IMG/VR virus record: IMGVR_UViG_2654587547_000001
Location: 23,156-87,155 of that record
Strand: one strand, 5' to 3'
DNA length: 64,000 nucleotides
Origin: a virus
Lineage: Duplodnaviria; Caudoviricetes
Under the pieces are notes generated by a model, which did not search any database, was not told the DNA's origin, and saw only the letters and a program-made list of their open reading frames with translations. Positions 1 through 10,126 of this stretch are shown one piece after another. The position numbers were made by a program, and so were the translations under genes. Numbering within the stretch: the stretch's first letter is position 1; each line of letters opens with the position of its first letter.

Positions 1-1
1 G

Positions 2-388
2 TTCGATTCCAGCCAGAACCGCTACCGCGCCTACGCCGACCTGTTCGAGTGGAAGTGCGGCCTGGTGGTCAAGGACTGGCGCTACATCTCGCGCATCGCG
101 AACCTGGACGTGTCCGACGCCACAGCTGGCTCCGGCACGATGGCCAACCAGAAGCTGATCGAGCTGATGATCCAGGCCAAGAACAAGTTGCCGACGCTGC
201 AAGGCGCGGTTCGCCCGGTGTTCTACGTGAACCGCACGATCAAGTCTGCGCTGGAAGTGATGGCGCTGAACAAGTCGAACGCGGCGCTGTCGATCCGCGA
301 GGCGGCTGGGCAGTTTGAAACCAACTTCCTGGGGATCCCGATCCGCCTGGCCGATCAACTGCTGAACACCGAGGCCGTCGTCTCGTAA
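2..388 (+). CDS. Major capsid protein, C-terminal part (5' truncated by window; Bbp17-like)
   Basis: Frame open from base 2; FEWKCGLVVKDWRY...IANLD and FLGIPIR..D.LLNTE typical of BPP-1-like capsids. Confidence 0.85.
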   Translation, partial: FDSSQNRYRAYADLFEWKCGLVVKDWRYISRIANLDVSDATAGSGTMANQKLIELMIQAKNKLPTLQGAVRPVFYVNRTIKSALEVMALNKSNAALSIREAAGQFETNFLGIPIRLADQLLNTEAVVS

Positions 389-438
389 TCGAGCAGGGCG
401 CCCACGCGGCGCCCGCTTCAGCCTTCACGGAGAGCAAC

Positions 439-882
439 ATGATTCTCGACAAAACGAACGAGTTCTCGGATAGCCAGGCGGTCACCGCCACCGCGATCTC
501 GACCAACGTCATTGACCACAACCCCGCAGCCAAGAACTCGCTGATCGATATCGGCGCGGGCGAACCGGTGTACTTGGTGGTGCAGGTGGATCAGGCCGCT
601 ACTGCGGGTGGTGCGGCCACCGTCACCATCACGCTTGAATCCAGCGATGCGGCCGGCATGACCTCGCCCACGGTGCACTTCACCACGGCCGCCTTCGCCC
701 TGGCCGACATGACCCAGGGCAAGGAGCTTGTCCGTGTCCGCCTGCCCAGCGCCGACTACAAGCGCTACTTGGGCTTGCGCTACACGGTCGGCACTGGTCC
801 GCTGACGGCTGGTCAGTTCTCGGCCTTCCTGGTCAAGGACGCGCAGACCAAGCAGGCGTACAAGTCCGGCTACACGGTGTAA
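439..882 (+). CDS. Capsid cement protein (Bbp16-like)
   Basis: MILDK...FSDSQAVTATAISTNVID start, RYLGLRYTV motif, follows capsid, GGAG RBS. Confidence 0.8.
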   Translation: MILDKTNEFSDSQAVTATAISTNVIDHNPAAKNSLIDIGAGEPVYLVVQVDQAATAGGAATVTITLESSDAAGMTSPTVHFTTAAFALADMTQGKELVRVRLPSADYKRYLGLRYTVGTGPLTAGQFSAFLVKDAQTKQAYKSGYTV

Positions 883-885
883 GCC

Positions 886-1176
886 ATGGCCCGATACATC
901 GCACTGGAGCGGGGCCAGATCCCCGCCAAAACGCGCGCTACCAAGCGTGCCGATGCCCCCGACGACCGGCCGGTCAATCGCATGATCGAGCCGGGCGAGG
1001 TATTCGAGTTCGATGGTCCGCGCGGCAAGTGGATGGAACCCTACGACGGCCCGGTTACGGATTCCGAGGGAAACGCCGAAGGCCAGTCGAATGCGACGAC
1101 GACCGGCCAGACGGTTCGGGGTGGGTCGCGAGCGCAGACCGGGCGCGGCGCTCAGACCGGCAGCGGTACGCAGTAA
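886..1176 (+). CDS. Hypothetical phage protein
   Basis: 96-aa ORF tightly packed in the structural operon. Confidence 0.65.
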   Translation: MARYIALERGQIPAKTRATKRADAPDDRPVNRMIEPGEVFEFDGPRGKWMEPYDGPVTDSEGNAEGQSNATTTGQTVRGGSRAQTGRGAQTGSGTQ

Positions 1177-1186
1177 CGGAGTAGCC

Positions 1187-1771
1187 GTGACGTCTCAGGT
1201 AGACATCGCCAACCGCGCTCTCACCAAACTCGGTGAGACGCGGATTATCGACCTGGAGGATCCCCGCAAGCCGGCCAGCACGATCAACTCGATGTACGAG
1301 ATCGTGCTGGCCGCTGAGCTTCGGGCGCACCTCTGGGCGTTCTCCAAGGCGCGAGCGCAGTTGCCCGCGCTGTCCGAGAAACCGGCGTTTGGGTACGCAG
1401 AGCAGTTCACGCTGCCTGCGGATTTCGTGCGCCTGATCAAGGTGGCAAATTTCTGGGTCTACCCGAAGCCGACGACCAAGGGTCTGTTCTCCATAGAGGG
1501 CCGGCGCCTGCTGATCGACACGGAAGGGCCGCTCAACATCGAGTACGTCCGGCTGGTCACCGACCCGAACGAATACGACGCGCTGTTTGTGGAATTGTTC
1601 GCTTGCCGCCTGGCGATGGAAGCGTGCGAGACGATCACTCAGAGCGAAACCAAATTCAACCGAATCGCGAACATGTACCGCCAGGCGCTCTCTGACGGCT
1701 TGCGCGCTGGCGCCGTCGAGCGCCCCGCTGCGGCTGTACAGGACGACAGCTGGATGGAAAGCCGGAGGTAG
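1187..1771 (+). CDS. Tail tubular protein A / head-tail adaptor
   Basis: GTG start after GGAG; TSQVDIANRALTKLG...WAFSKAR...FTLPADF...LFACRLA pattern of podoviral adaptors. Confidence 0.8.
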   Translation: MTSQVDIANRALTKLGETRIIDLEDPRKPASTINSMYEIVLAAELRAHLWAFSKARAQLPALSEKPAFGYAEQFTLPADFVRLIKVANFWVYPKPTTKGLFSIEGRRLLIDTEGPLNIEYVRLVTDPNEYDALFVELFACRLAMEACETITQSETKFNRIANMYRQALSDGLRAGAVERPAAAVQDDSWMESRR

Positions 1772-1773
1772 GC

Positions 1774-4083
1774 ATGGGCAAGGCATCCCCCGCCCTCGTG
1801 ACGTTCGACGCGGGGCTGCTTTCCCCAATGCTCGGCGCACGCATTGACCAGGCCAAGTACCAAAGCGGGTGCTCGGATCTGAAGAACTTCATCCCCAAGG
1901 TGCAAGGCCCGGCGGTTCGCCGCGGCGGCACTCGCTATGTCAGCCCGGTAAAGAACGGTGACCGGCGGACGTGGCTGGTCAAGTTCCAGGTGTCTGAGAC
2001 GATCACCTACATGCTCGAGTTCGGGCACCTGTATATCCGCTTTTACGCCAACCGTGGCCAGCTTGTGAGCGGCGGCGTACCGGTCGAGATCGCTTCTCCC
2101 TACACGTCGGCGGATCTGACCGCAGAGGACGGCACCTGCCGCATTCGCGTGGCGCAGAGCGCGGACACGATGTATATCTTCCACCGCAGCTACAAGCCTC
2201 GCAAGTTGCTGCGTCAGGGGCCGACGTCGTTCTCGCTGCAAATGATCGAGCTGACAGGCGGCCCGTTCCAAGAGACGAACACCAACAAGAGTCTGGTGAT
2301 CAACGTTTCGGGTGAGGCCGGAAGCGGCGCGATGTCGTCCAACTTCGATATCTTCACGCCGCAGCACGTTGGCTCGCTGTTCTACCTGGAGACGCAAGAC
2401 CTATCGTCGGTCAAGCCCTGGGCGGTCCACCAGCGCGCCGAGGTGAACTTCATGCGTCGAGTGGACAACCGGGTGTATGAGTGTACGGCTGTGGGTACTG
2501 GCACCGATCCTGGCCCGGTGACGGGCAATGTGACGCCCACGCACACAGAGGGGAAGGCATGGGACGGGGATGGGTTCGATATTGCCGACGACCAGCTTGG
2601 ACCTATTGGGGTCGAGTGGCGGTACTTGCACTCCGGTTACGGAGTGGTGCTGATCACCGGCTTTACCGATGGGCAGCACGTCAGCATCACGGTGATGGAC
2701 CGCATCCCGGCTGACGTCGTGAACAACGGCACCTATAAATGGTCCGAGGGAGTGTTCTCGGATCTGGACGGGTGGCCTGAACATGGCGCGTTCTGGCGTG
2801 AGCGTCTGGTATTGGCCCGCGACCGGCGCGTCACTATGTCGGTTTCTAGCGATTTCGAAAACTTCAGCCCGAAGATCGGTGGCGAGGTGACGGCTGATTC
2901 CGGAATCGTGCTGACCCTGAATGCGCGCCGGATCAACCGCATCCTCTGGCTGGTGGAGTCCGACGACCTGATCATTGGCACCAATGGGGACGAGTGGATT
3001 GTTGGTCCGACGCAATCGACCCAGCCACTTGGGCCGGCCAACATCCGGGCAGCCAAGCGCACGGACTACGGGTCAAAATCCATTCAGCCGGCCGAGGTAG
3101 GCGGGCGGATCCTGTTTGCCCAGGCCAGCGGCAAGAAACTGCGGGATTACCAGTACGACTACGCCCAGGATAACTACCAGTCTTCGGACACGACCAAGCT
3201 GTCGGACAACATTACCGTGGGAGCGCGCACCGAGACGCCGACCGGTGGCCCGACAACCGTCATGTCGGGTCTTATCGACCTGACGTACAGCCAAGAGCCG
3301 GATTCTGTCATCTGGGCGGCGCGCGCTGACGGCACGCTGCTCGGGCTGACCTACGACCGCGAACCCGAGCGCAGCGACGTCGGGGCGTGGCATCCGCACC
3401 CGCTTGTGAACGGAATGGTGGAATCGGTCGAGAGCATGCCATCGCCGGACGGCACTGAGGATGATCTGTGGATGATTGTGCGGCGGGTGATTGATGGCGA
3501 AGTCGTGCGCTATGTCGAATATCTGCGTCAGCCGCTGGGTTACAGCGAAGCGGCGGTTGAGGCGTTCTATGTCGATTGCGGTCTTACCTATCGCGGCACT
3601 CCGGCAACGACGATATCGGGCCTCGCGCATCTTGAGGGCGAGGTGGTGGACGTGCTGGTCGACGGCGCCACGCATCCTCAGCAAACCGTCGCGGGGGGGC
3701 AGATCACGCTACAGAACGCCGGCTCAATCGTGCACGTCGGGTTGCCGGCCCCCTGCGCGCTGGAAACCATGCGGCTGGAGGCTGGCGCTGCGGACGGCAC
3801 GGCCCAAGGTAAGACCAAGCGCATCACGAATGTTGTTCTGCGGTTCCATAGATCGCTGGGTGGCAAGGCGGGCACGTCGGATAGCTACCTGGCGGACATC
3901 GAAATCCGCACGCCGCAGGACGCAATGGACGAGGCTGTACCTTTGCTCAGCGGCGACACAGAGCCAATTTCCTGGGAGGGCGGTTACGGCACGAGCGGCA
4001 TGATGCGCTACGAGAACAACCAGCCGCTGCCGGTGGCGCTGCTGGGCATCTTCCCGATCGTGCATACGCAGGATGACCGATGA
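1774..4083 (+). CDS. Tail tubular protein B / nozzle
   Basis: 769 aa; F.AG.LSP...GPAVRRGGT.YV start, AQSADTMYIFH, WPEHGAFWRERLVL. Confidence 0.85.
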   Translation: MGKASPALVTFDAGLLSPMLGARIDQAKYQSGCSDLKNFIPKVQGPAVRRGGTRYVSPVKNGDRRTWLVKFQVSETITYMLEFGHLYIRFYANRGQLVSGGVPVEIASPYTSADLTAEDGTCRIRVAQSADTMYIFHRSYKPRKLLRQGPTSFSLQMIELTGGPFQETNTNKSLVINVSGEAGSGAMSSNFDIFTPQHVGSLFYLETQDLSSVKPWAVHQRAEVNFMRRVDNRVYECTAVGTGTDPGPVTGNVTPTHTEGKAWDGDGFDIADDQLGPIGVEWRYLHSGYGVVLITGFTDGQHVSITVMDRIPADVVNNGTYKWSEGVFSDLDGWPEHGAFWRERLVLARDRRVTMSVSSDFENFSPKIGGEVTADSGIVLTLNARRINRILWLVESDDLIIGTNGDEWIVGPTQSTQPLGPANIRAAKRTDYGSKSIQPAEVGGRILFAQASGKKLRDYQYDYAQDNYQSSDTTKLSDNITVGARTETPTGGPTTVMSGLIDLTYSQEPDSVIWAARADGTLLGLTYDREPERSDVGAWHPHPLVNGMVESVESMPSPDGTEDDLWMIVRRVIDGEVVRYVEYLRQPLGYSEAAVEAFYVDCGLTYRGTPATTISGLAHLEGEVVDVLVDGATHPQQTVAGGQITLQNAGSIVHVGLPAPCALETMRLEAGAADGTAQGKTKRITNVVLRFHRSLGGKAGTSDSYLADIEIRTPQDAMDEAVPLLSGDTEPISWEGGYGTSGMMRYENNQPLPVALLGIFPIVHTQDDR

Positions 4084-4511
4084 GAATCGATATCGAAAAG
4101 CTTCGACCTGACCATATCCGGGATATTCAGTTGCAGGATCCGCAGTCGTTCCTGCAATCGGCGCTCACCCCTGAATATGCCGCAGAACTCTGCGCGCAGA
4201 CCGGTGTAGCGTGGGCGGCAGTGGCTGACGGGCGCACGATTGCGTGTGCTGGGCTGCTGGAAATGTGGCCTGGCCGCGCGCAGGGGTGGGCGCTTTTCTC
4301 GCCGGCAGCGTTGGGCAATTTCGTGGGCATTCACCGTATGGCCAAACGGGTGTTGTGTGATTGTGCTTGGCAGCGCGTCGAGGTGATGGTGGATGCTAAC
4401 CACGCGGCTGGTGTGCGCTGGGCCGAGCGTCTGGGTTTCACGCTTGAAGGGCGCATGCGCAAATACACCTCAGATGGCCGTGACTGCCTGATTTACGCGA
4501 GGGTCGAATAA
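4080..4511 (+). CDS. GNAT-fold virion assembly protein
   Basis: WAERLGFTLEGRMRKY GNAT-like C-terminus; position between nozzle and ejection genes; ATGA overlap. Confidence 0.7.
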   Translation: MRIDIEKLRPDHIRDIQLQDPQSFLQSALTPEYAAELCAQTGVAWAAVADGRTIACAGLLEMWPGRAQGWALFSPAALGNFVGIHRMAKRVLCDCAWQRVEVMVDANHAAGVRWAERLGFTLEGRMRKYTSDGRDCLIYARVE

Positions 4512-5503
4512 TGAACGCTGCTGGATTTGGTGCTATCGCCCAGGTTGGCGGGACTCTGGTTAACGGGATGGCTGGTAGTGCATCGGCCGCCAGCCAGCAA
4601 GATGCGCTCGCCTATAACGAGACGATGGCCCGTTATAACGCGCAGCAAGCCCGGGATGCTGCATTGCAGGACGAACTTAGCTCGCGTCGGCAAGCATCGC
4701 AGATTAAGGGCCAACAGCGGGCGGCGATTGCGGAGTCCGGAGTTGACCCTAATGCCGGCAGCGCTCTCGAAGTGCAAATGGATAGTGCAAGAAATGCCGA
4801 GTTGGCGGCTTTGCAGCAGCGCTACCAAGGCACTCTGCGCGGCTACGCCTTGGACAGCCAGGCATCTCAATTTGCGTGGGAACGCGAGGCGGTAGGTGGC
4901 TCGCGTCGATCCGGTCTCTTGGGGACCGGCCTGAGTATGGCGAGCCAACTTCTATCAAGCGCCGGCAACGGCTCCTTCGGTGGGATGGGGGGTGGCGGTG
5001 GCTTGGGTGGAATCCTGGGCGGCGGGTCATCTGCGGCGGGAGGTGCTGGCGCCGCAGGGGTAACGGCATCCTCTGCATTCACGTCGGCGGGCGCGGCAAC
5101 ATCTGGAGTTGGCGCCGGCGGCAGCCTTGGGACATTCGCTGGCGGGGCGTCAAGCGCTGCGGGAGGCGCTTCGGGCGCAGCCGGCGGCGCAGGCGGTTTA
5201 GGTTCGCTCGGGTCGTTGGGTCCGTGGGGCGCTCTTGCCGCTGTGATCGTAGGAAATGAGAGTTACGCAAAGAGCAACGGCTACCGGCGCGAAGGGACCG
5301 ATTACTACAAAGACTTGGCAACCGGCAGGGTCTTGAGCCAAGACGTAGACAACCGCTGGTCCCCGATGCTGTTTGGTAAGAGCGATCGATTCGGACTCGG
5401 AAAGGATATGTCTTTCGCTGCCGATCTTGGGTCGTTCCAGTTCGGGAAAGCCTGGAAGGATCTGCGCCAAGGCTCGCTCGGAAAATTGTTCAAGCTTTTC
5501 TAG
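4511..5503 (+). CDS. Internal virion (ejection) protein with Gly/Ala-rich extension
   Basis: GQQRAAIAESGVD..GSALEV motif of small podoviral ejection proteins. Confidence 0.7.
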   Translation: MNAAGFGAIAQVGGTLVNGMAGSASAASQQDALAYNETMARYNAQQARDAALQDELSSRRQASQIKGQQRAAIAESGVDPNAGSALEVQMDSARNAELAALQQRYQGTLRGYALDSQASQFAWEREAVGGSRRSGLLGTGLSMASQLLSSAGNGSFGGMGGGGGLGGILGGGSSAAGGAGAAGVTASSAFTSAGAATSGVGAGGSLGTFAGGASSAAGGASGAAGGAGGLGSLGSLGPWGALAAVIVGNESYAKSNGYRREGTDYYKDLATGRVLSQDVDNRWSPMLFGKSDRFGLGKDMSFAADLGSFQFGKAWKDLRQGSLGKLFKLF

Positions 5504-5510
5504 GACGTCA

Positions 5511-7637
5511 ATGGCAACGCGTATTCCTATCCCCACAATCGGGCCGGCAGGTGGAAGTGTTCCTACCGGCGGTGGTCCGTACCTATCCGGCGGCGTTCCC
5601 GTAAGCAATGCGGTAGGCGCGGGTCTTCAAGACCTGGGCGCGGCCATCACTGGTATTGCGCAGGAAGATGCGCGGGCGTGGGCATCCAAGGCCGCGAGCG
5701 ACGACCAACTGAAGTGGATGCAGAAGCTGGAGGAAATGAAGGGCCAGGCGGGGCCTGGTGCGCCAGACTTTTCACAGGGTGTTCTGACGTCGTTTGACGA
5801 CTACGCGAACCAGGCGCGCGCTGCCGCGCCGGCGTATGCCAAGCGGTTCTACGACATGGAGTTGAATCGCCTGCGAGACTACGTGGGCCGAAACTCTCTC
5901 GGTTGGCAGGCCCAGCAGCACCGGGCCAACACGGTAGACCAGTACCAATCTGGCCTACAGGCCGACGCAGTGTCCATCTCGCTGGACCCGACCCTGTACG
6001 ACGAGAAGCGTGCCGCCCGCATGGCGATTCTGTCCGAGTCCAACTTGCCGCCCGATGTGCGCAACGACTTGCTGTCGCGCTCGGAAGCTGAGATGGCCAC
6101 GGCCGCCGGAGCGGCCCGCATCGATCAGGATCCCAAGGGTGCGCTGAACGCTTTCGGCGCAGCTGCTACGGGAAAGATCGAGCCGGGTTACGAATGGATA
6201 GCACGTCTGAATGCGGATCGAGTACAGCAGCTTCGCACGCGCGCGCAAACGCAATCTGACCGCCAAGACAACCGGATGCGCATCGAACAGGACCGAGCGT
6301 TCGCGATGGGCGAACGTGCGCTCAAGGAGATGGACAACCAGCTCACTAGCCCTTATCCGGCTCGACCGTCTGATGTGATGCGGTGGGGATCCATGGTCGC
6401 TGGATCGCCGTTTGAAAACTCCTACCGTGAGCGCGTCGAGGAATTGAACGCGTTCCAGGAGCTTATGCAGCGCCCAGTTGGCGAGCAGGTTGGATTCGTG
6501 GAGGGCGTGCGGCGCAAGTTGATGACCGAGGGCGGGACGCCTCAAGATGCTGCCCGCGCGGAGCGTTTGAGCGCGACGGTGCAGGCCAACATCAAGGCGC
6601 TGAGTACCGCACCCGTGGAATGGGCCGCGAATCGAACGGGCGAGATGGTGCAGCCGCTGGCCTTGGATGCCATCGGTACAGAGGATGGTGCTGCGATCAT
6701 TGGGGCGCAGGTACGGGCGCGCGCTGACGTGGTGCGCGGACTACAAGCTGCAAACCCGCCTGGAATGGTGCGCATGCATCCCTTGTTGCCGGGGGAGGCT
6801 GAGGGCCTATCTCGCGTCCTGTCTCAGGGATCGGCGCAGCAGAAGCGCCAGGTACTCAGCACGCTGTATCAGGCAGCCGGCGCAGACGACACGTACCGCG
6901 GCATGATGGATCAGCTCAAGGGCGTGTCTCCGTTTGCCGCCCGCATGGGCGTGCTGGCCGCCAGCTACGACAGCGCCAAGACCACGAACAACTGGTTCAG
7001 CGAGGACACTGTGCAAGCGGCCGGCGACGTGGCAGCTATTGCGCTGCACGGCGACGAGATCTTGCGCAGCGGTGGCAAGGACAACGAGACCAAGTGGCCG
7101 GTGCCCAAAGAGCAGGAGTTCGTCGCGGCGTTCCAGGACCGCTTCCAGAACCTGTATCGCGGTGGCGGCCCCGGCGAGAGTGGCGCGCAGCAGTTCCAGC
7201 AGGATATGCAGGCGGTCAAAGCCTACTACGTGGGGCGCGCTGCGCAGGATGGTGACCTGTCGAGCGAGATCGACAGCAACCGCCTGGATCAGGCATTCCG
7301 CGCGGTAATGGGCGAGCCGGTCGACTTCCACGGTAACGGCCAGGTGCTGGCTCCGTGGGGGATGAACAAGGAAGATTTCCAGCGGCGCGCCAACAACGCG
7401 GTGCTGGAGCAGTTTCAACAGGCCGGCATCCAAGACAAGGTTGGCCGGTACATGGGCAACGTGGGGCTGATCGGTGTAGGTGGCGGTATGTACTTCGCCA
7501 CGCTGGCGGGTCAGCCGGTTGCAGATGATCGTGGGCAGCCCATCACCATCCTGCTTACACCTGATTCTGCGTCCGCGCGGGATAGCTACGGGCGCCTGCT
7601 GAGCCGTCAGATTCCCACGACGGAGGCCACGCAATGA
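5511..7637 (+). CDS. Internal virion (ejection) protein
   Basis: About 708 aa, helical; ATG after AGGA at 5511; position in ejection cluster. Confidence 0.7.
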   Translation: MATRIPIPTIGPAGGSVPTGGGPYLSGGVPVSNAVGAGLQDLGAAITGIAQEDARAWASKAASDDQLKWMQKLEEMKGQAGPGAPDFSQGVLTSFDDYANQARAAAPAYAKRFYDMELNRLRDYVGRNSLGWQAQQHRANTVDQYQSGLQADAVSISLDPTLYDEKRAARMAILSESNLPPDVRNDLLSRSEAEMATAAGAARIDQDPKGALNAFGAAATGKIEPGYEWIARLNADRVQQLRTRAQTQSDRQDNRMRIEQDRAFAMGERALKEMDNQLTSPYPARPSDVMRWGSMVAGSPFENSYRERVEELNAFQELMQRPVGEQVGFVEGVRRKLMTEGGTPQDAARAERLSATVQANIKALSTAPVEWAANRTGEMVQPLALDAIGTEDGAAIIGAQVRARADVVRGLQAANPPGMVRMHPLLPGEAEGLSRVLSQGSAQQKRQVLSTLYQAAGADDTYRGMMDQLKGVSPFAARMGVLAASYDSAKTTNNWFSEDTVQAAGDVAAIALHGDEILRSGGKDNETKWPVPKEQEFVAAFQDRFQNLYRGGGPGESGAQQFQQDMQAVKAYYVGRAAQDGDLSSEIDSNRLDQAFRAVMGEPVDFHGNGQVLAPWGMNKEDFQRRANNAVLEQFQQAGIQDKVGRYMGNVGLIGVGGGMYFATLAGQPVADDRGQPITILLTPDSASARDSYGRLLSRQIPTTEATQ

Positions 7638-10126
7638 CGCAGATCGATGAGCGCCGGGTTGCGGCTCTGGCTGCCGCATCCAAGCCTGTCGGGCAGATCG
7701 TCGGGGAGGCCGAACCTAGCGCTTTTGCTGGTGTGGCGTCCGAGGTTCCTCGCGGGGTAGCTCTCGGCTCGTACCGTGCAATTGGCGCCGTGGCGGATCT
7801 GGCCGCGTCCGCCTATCAGCCGTTGCTGACCGGATTGGAGCGGGCGACTGGCGTCGAGGCGATGAACCCGTTTTCTGAGGTCGCGCGCTCGGCGGACCAG
7901 TTCGCCCGGGTGTACATGCCCGACCCGCTCACTACTGGCATGGCTGGGCAGCTGGTCAACGGCGTGGCGAGCGTCATTACCCAGGTGGGCTTGGGTGCGG
8001 GTGCGGCGCTGGCGTCCGGCGGCACAGGCATTGGTGCCATGTGGGCCGGGTCGGCTACCGCTGGTGGCGCGACGGGCCGCGGCACCTACCAGGAAATGAC
8101 CGAGCGAGGCGTTGATGCAAATACCGCACTGAATGCCGCATTCGTAGATGCGGTGGCCACAGGCGGCGGTGCGCTGCTACCTGGCGCCATTGGCTACGCC
8201 GGCGCGGCCGCACCTTTCGCCGCGGCGGGCGTCGGCGTCGGGCGTGCCGGATTCGTCGGCCTGAATGCGGCCTATGGCGCGGCCAGCAACATGGCGCTTG
8301 GGATTGCGCAGCGCGGGTCTATCCATAACCTCCTGAAGGCGGGCGGTTACGACACCATGGCAGAGCAGTACAAGCCCATGGACGCTGCAGCGTTGGCCGC
8401 CGAGGGCATTCTTGGTGGGGTGTTCGCAGCGGGCGGCGCGGCTGCCGGGCTGTCATGGCGCGCGCAAGGTACGGTCGACGCAGCGCTTGCGGCGCGCGAT
8501 TCGGCGCATGCCAACGTCGCCACGGCCCCAGGCATTCCCACGGAACCGGGCGATGCAACGGCGCACCGATCCGCTATGGATAGCGCGGTTACGGCGCTCG
8601 CCCAGGGGCGAGAAGTGGACATGCGCGGCACCGGGGTGGACGCCGCGGCTTTCCTCCCGCGCGCCAGTGACCCGACTCCAGCGCGCATGGCACTAGGCTA
8701 TTACGCCGACGAACTGCCCGCGTCACAGCGCTACTTCCCTTCCCGGCAGTTGACCGGCGTTGCCGTTGAGCAGCGTCGAACCTTGCGCTATGACGCCGCC
8801 GAACTCAATGAGTACGCGGCGCACATCGAACAAGAATACGAGCTGCCTGCGGGGCTGATCAACGCGCTCAAGAATGCCGGCGAGCGCAGCAACAGCAACC
8901 AGACAAGCCCGGCCGGCGCGCGCGGCGTAATGCAGTTCATGCCGGAGAACCTGCGCAAGTATGGGGTGACGGACGCCACGGACCCAGTGCAGATGATCGA
9001 CGCGGCGGGGCGCTATCTGCGCGACACCATGCGTCAGTACGGCGGGAACGTCGATGCCATGATTGCCGACTACAACGGCGGCCCGCGACAAGCGCGCGAG
9101 GTGCTTGCCGGGCGCCAGCCCAAGGCGAAGGAGACGCGGGATTATCTCGCGCGCGTGCGGGAATGGATGGGCCGCGATTCGTTCTCAGAACGGGGCCAGC
9201 CCACGGAAACGCTACCGCGCTTCCCGGCAGAGCAAGCGCGCGCCGCGGCGGCTATTGATCAGGAAGTGATCCGCCTGGAGGGAGCGCGCGCCGAGATGCT
9301 GGCGACTGGAGCCAACGAGGCTGAGCTAGGGCAAGTCGCGCGGATGCGGGATGAGCTGGCCGAGGTAACGCAGATGCGCCAGGGCATGGGCGAAGAACCC
9401 GCCATCCGGGCGCGCGCCAAGGAGATCCAGGGTTCAGAATCCCGGGTCAGTTACAAACAGGCCCTATCGCGCGCCCGCAAGCAGATCAGCCAGGAAGTTG
9501 GCGACGTTGATGCGCGCATCCAGCGGCTTGAGGCATCGCTTGAGCAGAACCGAGACGCGGCACAGGCGCTGCAACGGCTGGGCGAGATCGATGCGCGGCT
9601 TGCTGACCTGCGGGAAACCCGCGCGGCGATTGACGCGCCAGCAGCCGCACGCACGCCTATCTCGGCAGCGATCGAGGATGTTACGACGGCTCCAGCCCGT
9701 TCCGCCGAGGTGCAGCCCATAGTGACGGCTGGGGGTCAGGCCGAAAGCGCGCCTGTGCGCCTGCCGGGGGAGTCCGCGGACGTGCAACCGGCTGGGGTGC
9801 CGCGCGCGAATGCCGCAGCAGCTGGGGTCGCGCCAGTTCGCCAGGGACCAGCGGTAGAGCCTGCTCAGCCCAGCGCCATGCGTGCTGAACCGACCGCTCA
9901 AGATGGTGGTCGGGCTTCCGGCGGACAGACCGATATCGAAACCCAAGCGGGTTTGGCGCTGCTGGACGAGCAGGGTGATATCCGCGTGCTGGTCGAAGAT
10001 GAAAACGGCGGCACCCGAGAGGTGTCGTTGCGCGAGGAACTTCGGGCCGCCGAGGCTGAACTGGAATACGGCACGCCCGAGGCGTTGAATGCCGCGGTGA
10101 TGTGCGCACTGATGAGGGGGGGGTAA
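7634..10126 (+). CDS. Internal virion protein with lytic transglycosylase (SLT) domain
   Basis: GERS...SPAGARGVMQFMP...DAAGRYLR...IADYNGGP...ETRDYL SLT motifs plus coiled coil. Confidence 0.85.
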   Translation: MTQIDERRVAALAAASKPVGQIVGEAEPSAFAGVASEVPRGVALGSYRAIGAVADLAASAYQPLLTGLERATGVEAMNPFSEVARSADQFARVYMPDPLTTGMAGQLVNGVASVITQVGLGAGAALASGGTGIGAMWAGSATAGGATGRGTYQEMTERGVDANTALNAAFVDAVATGGGALLPGAIGYAGAAAPFAAAGVGVGRAGFVGLNAAYGAASNMALGIAQRGSIHNLLKAGGYDTMAEQYKPMDAAALAAEGILGGVFAAGGAAAGLSWRAQGTVDAALAARDSAHANVATAPGIPTEPGDATAHRSAMDSAVTALAQGREVDMRGTGVDAAAFLPRASDPTPARMALGYYADELPASQRYFPSRQLTGVAVEQRRTLRYDAAELNEYAAHIEQEYELPAGLINALKNAGERSNSNQTSPAGARGVMQFMPENLRKYGVTDATDPVQMIDAAGRYLRDTMRQYGGNVDAMIADYNGGPRQAREVLAGRQPKAKETRDYLARVREWMGRDSFSERGQPTETLPRFPAEQARAAAAIDQEVIRLEGARAEMLATGANEAELGQVARMRDELAEVTQMRQGMGEEPAIRARAKEIQGSESRVSYKQALSRARKQISQEVGDVDARIQRLEASLEQNRDAAQALQRLGEIDARLADLRETRAAIDAPAAARTPISAAIEDVTTAPARSAEVQPIVTAGGQAESAPVRLPGESADVQPAGVPRANAAAAGVAPVRQGPAVEPAQPSAMRAEPTAQDGGRASGGQTDIETQAGLALLDEQGDIRVLVEDENGGTREVSLREELRAAEAELEYGTPEALNAAVMCALMRGG

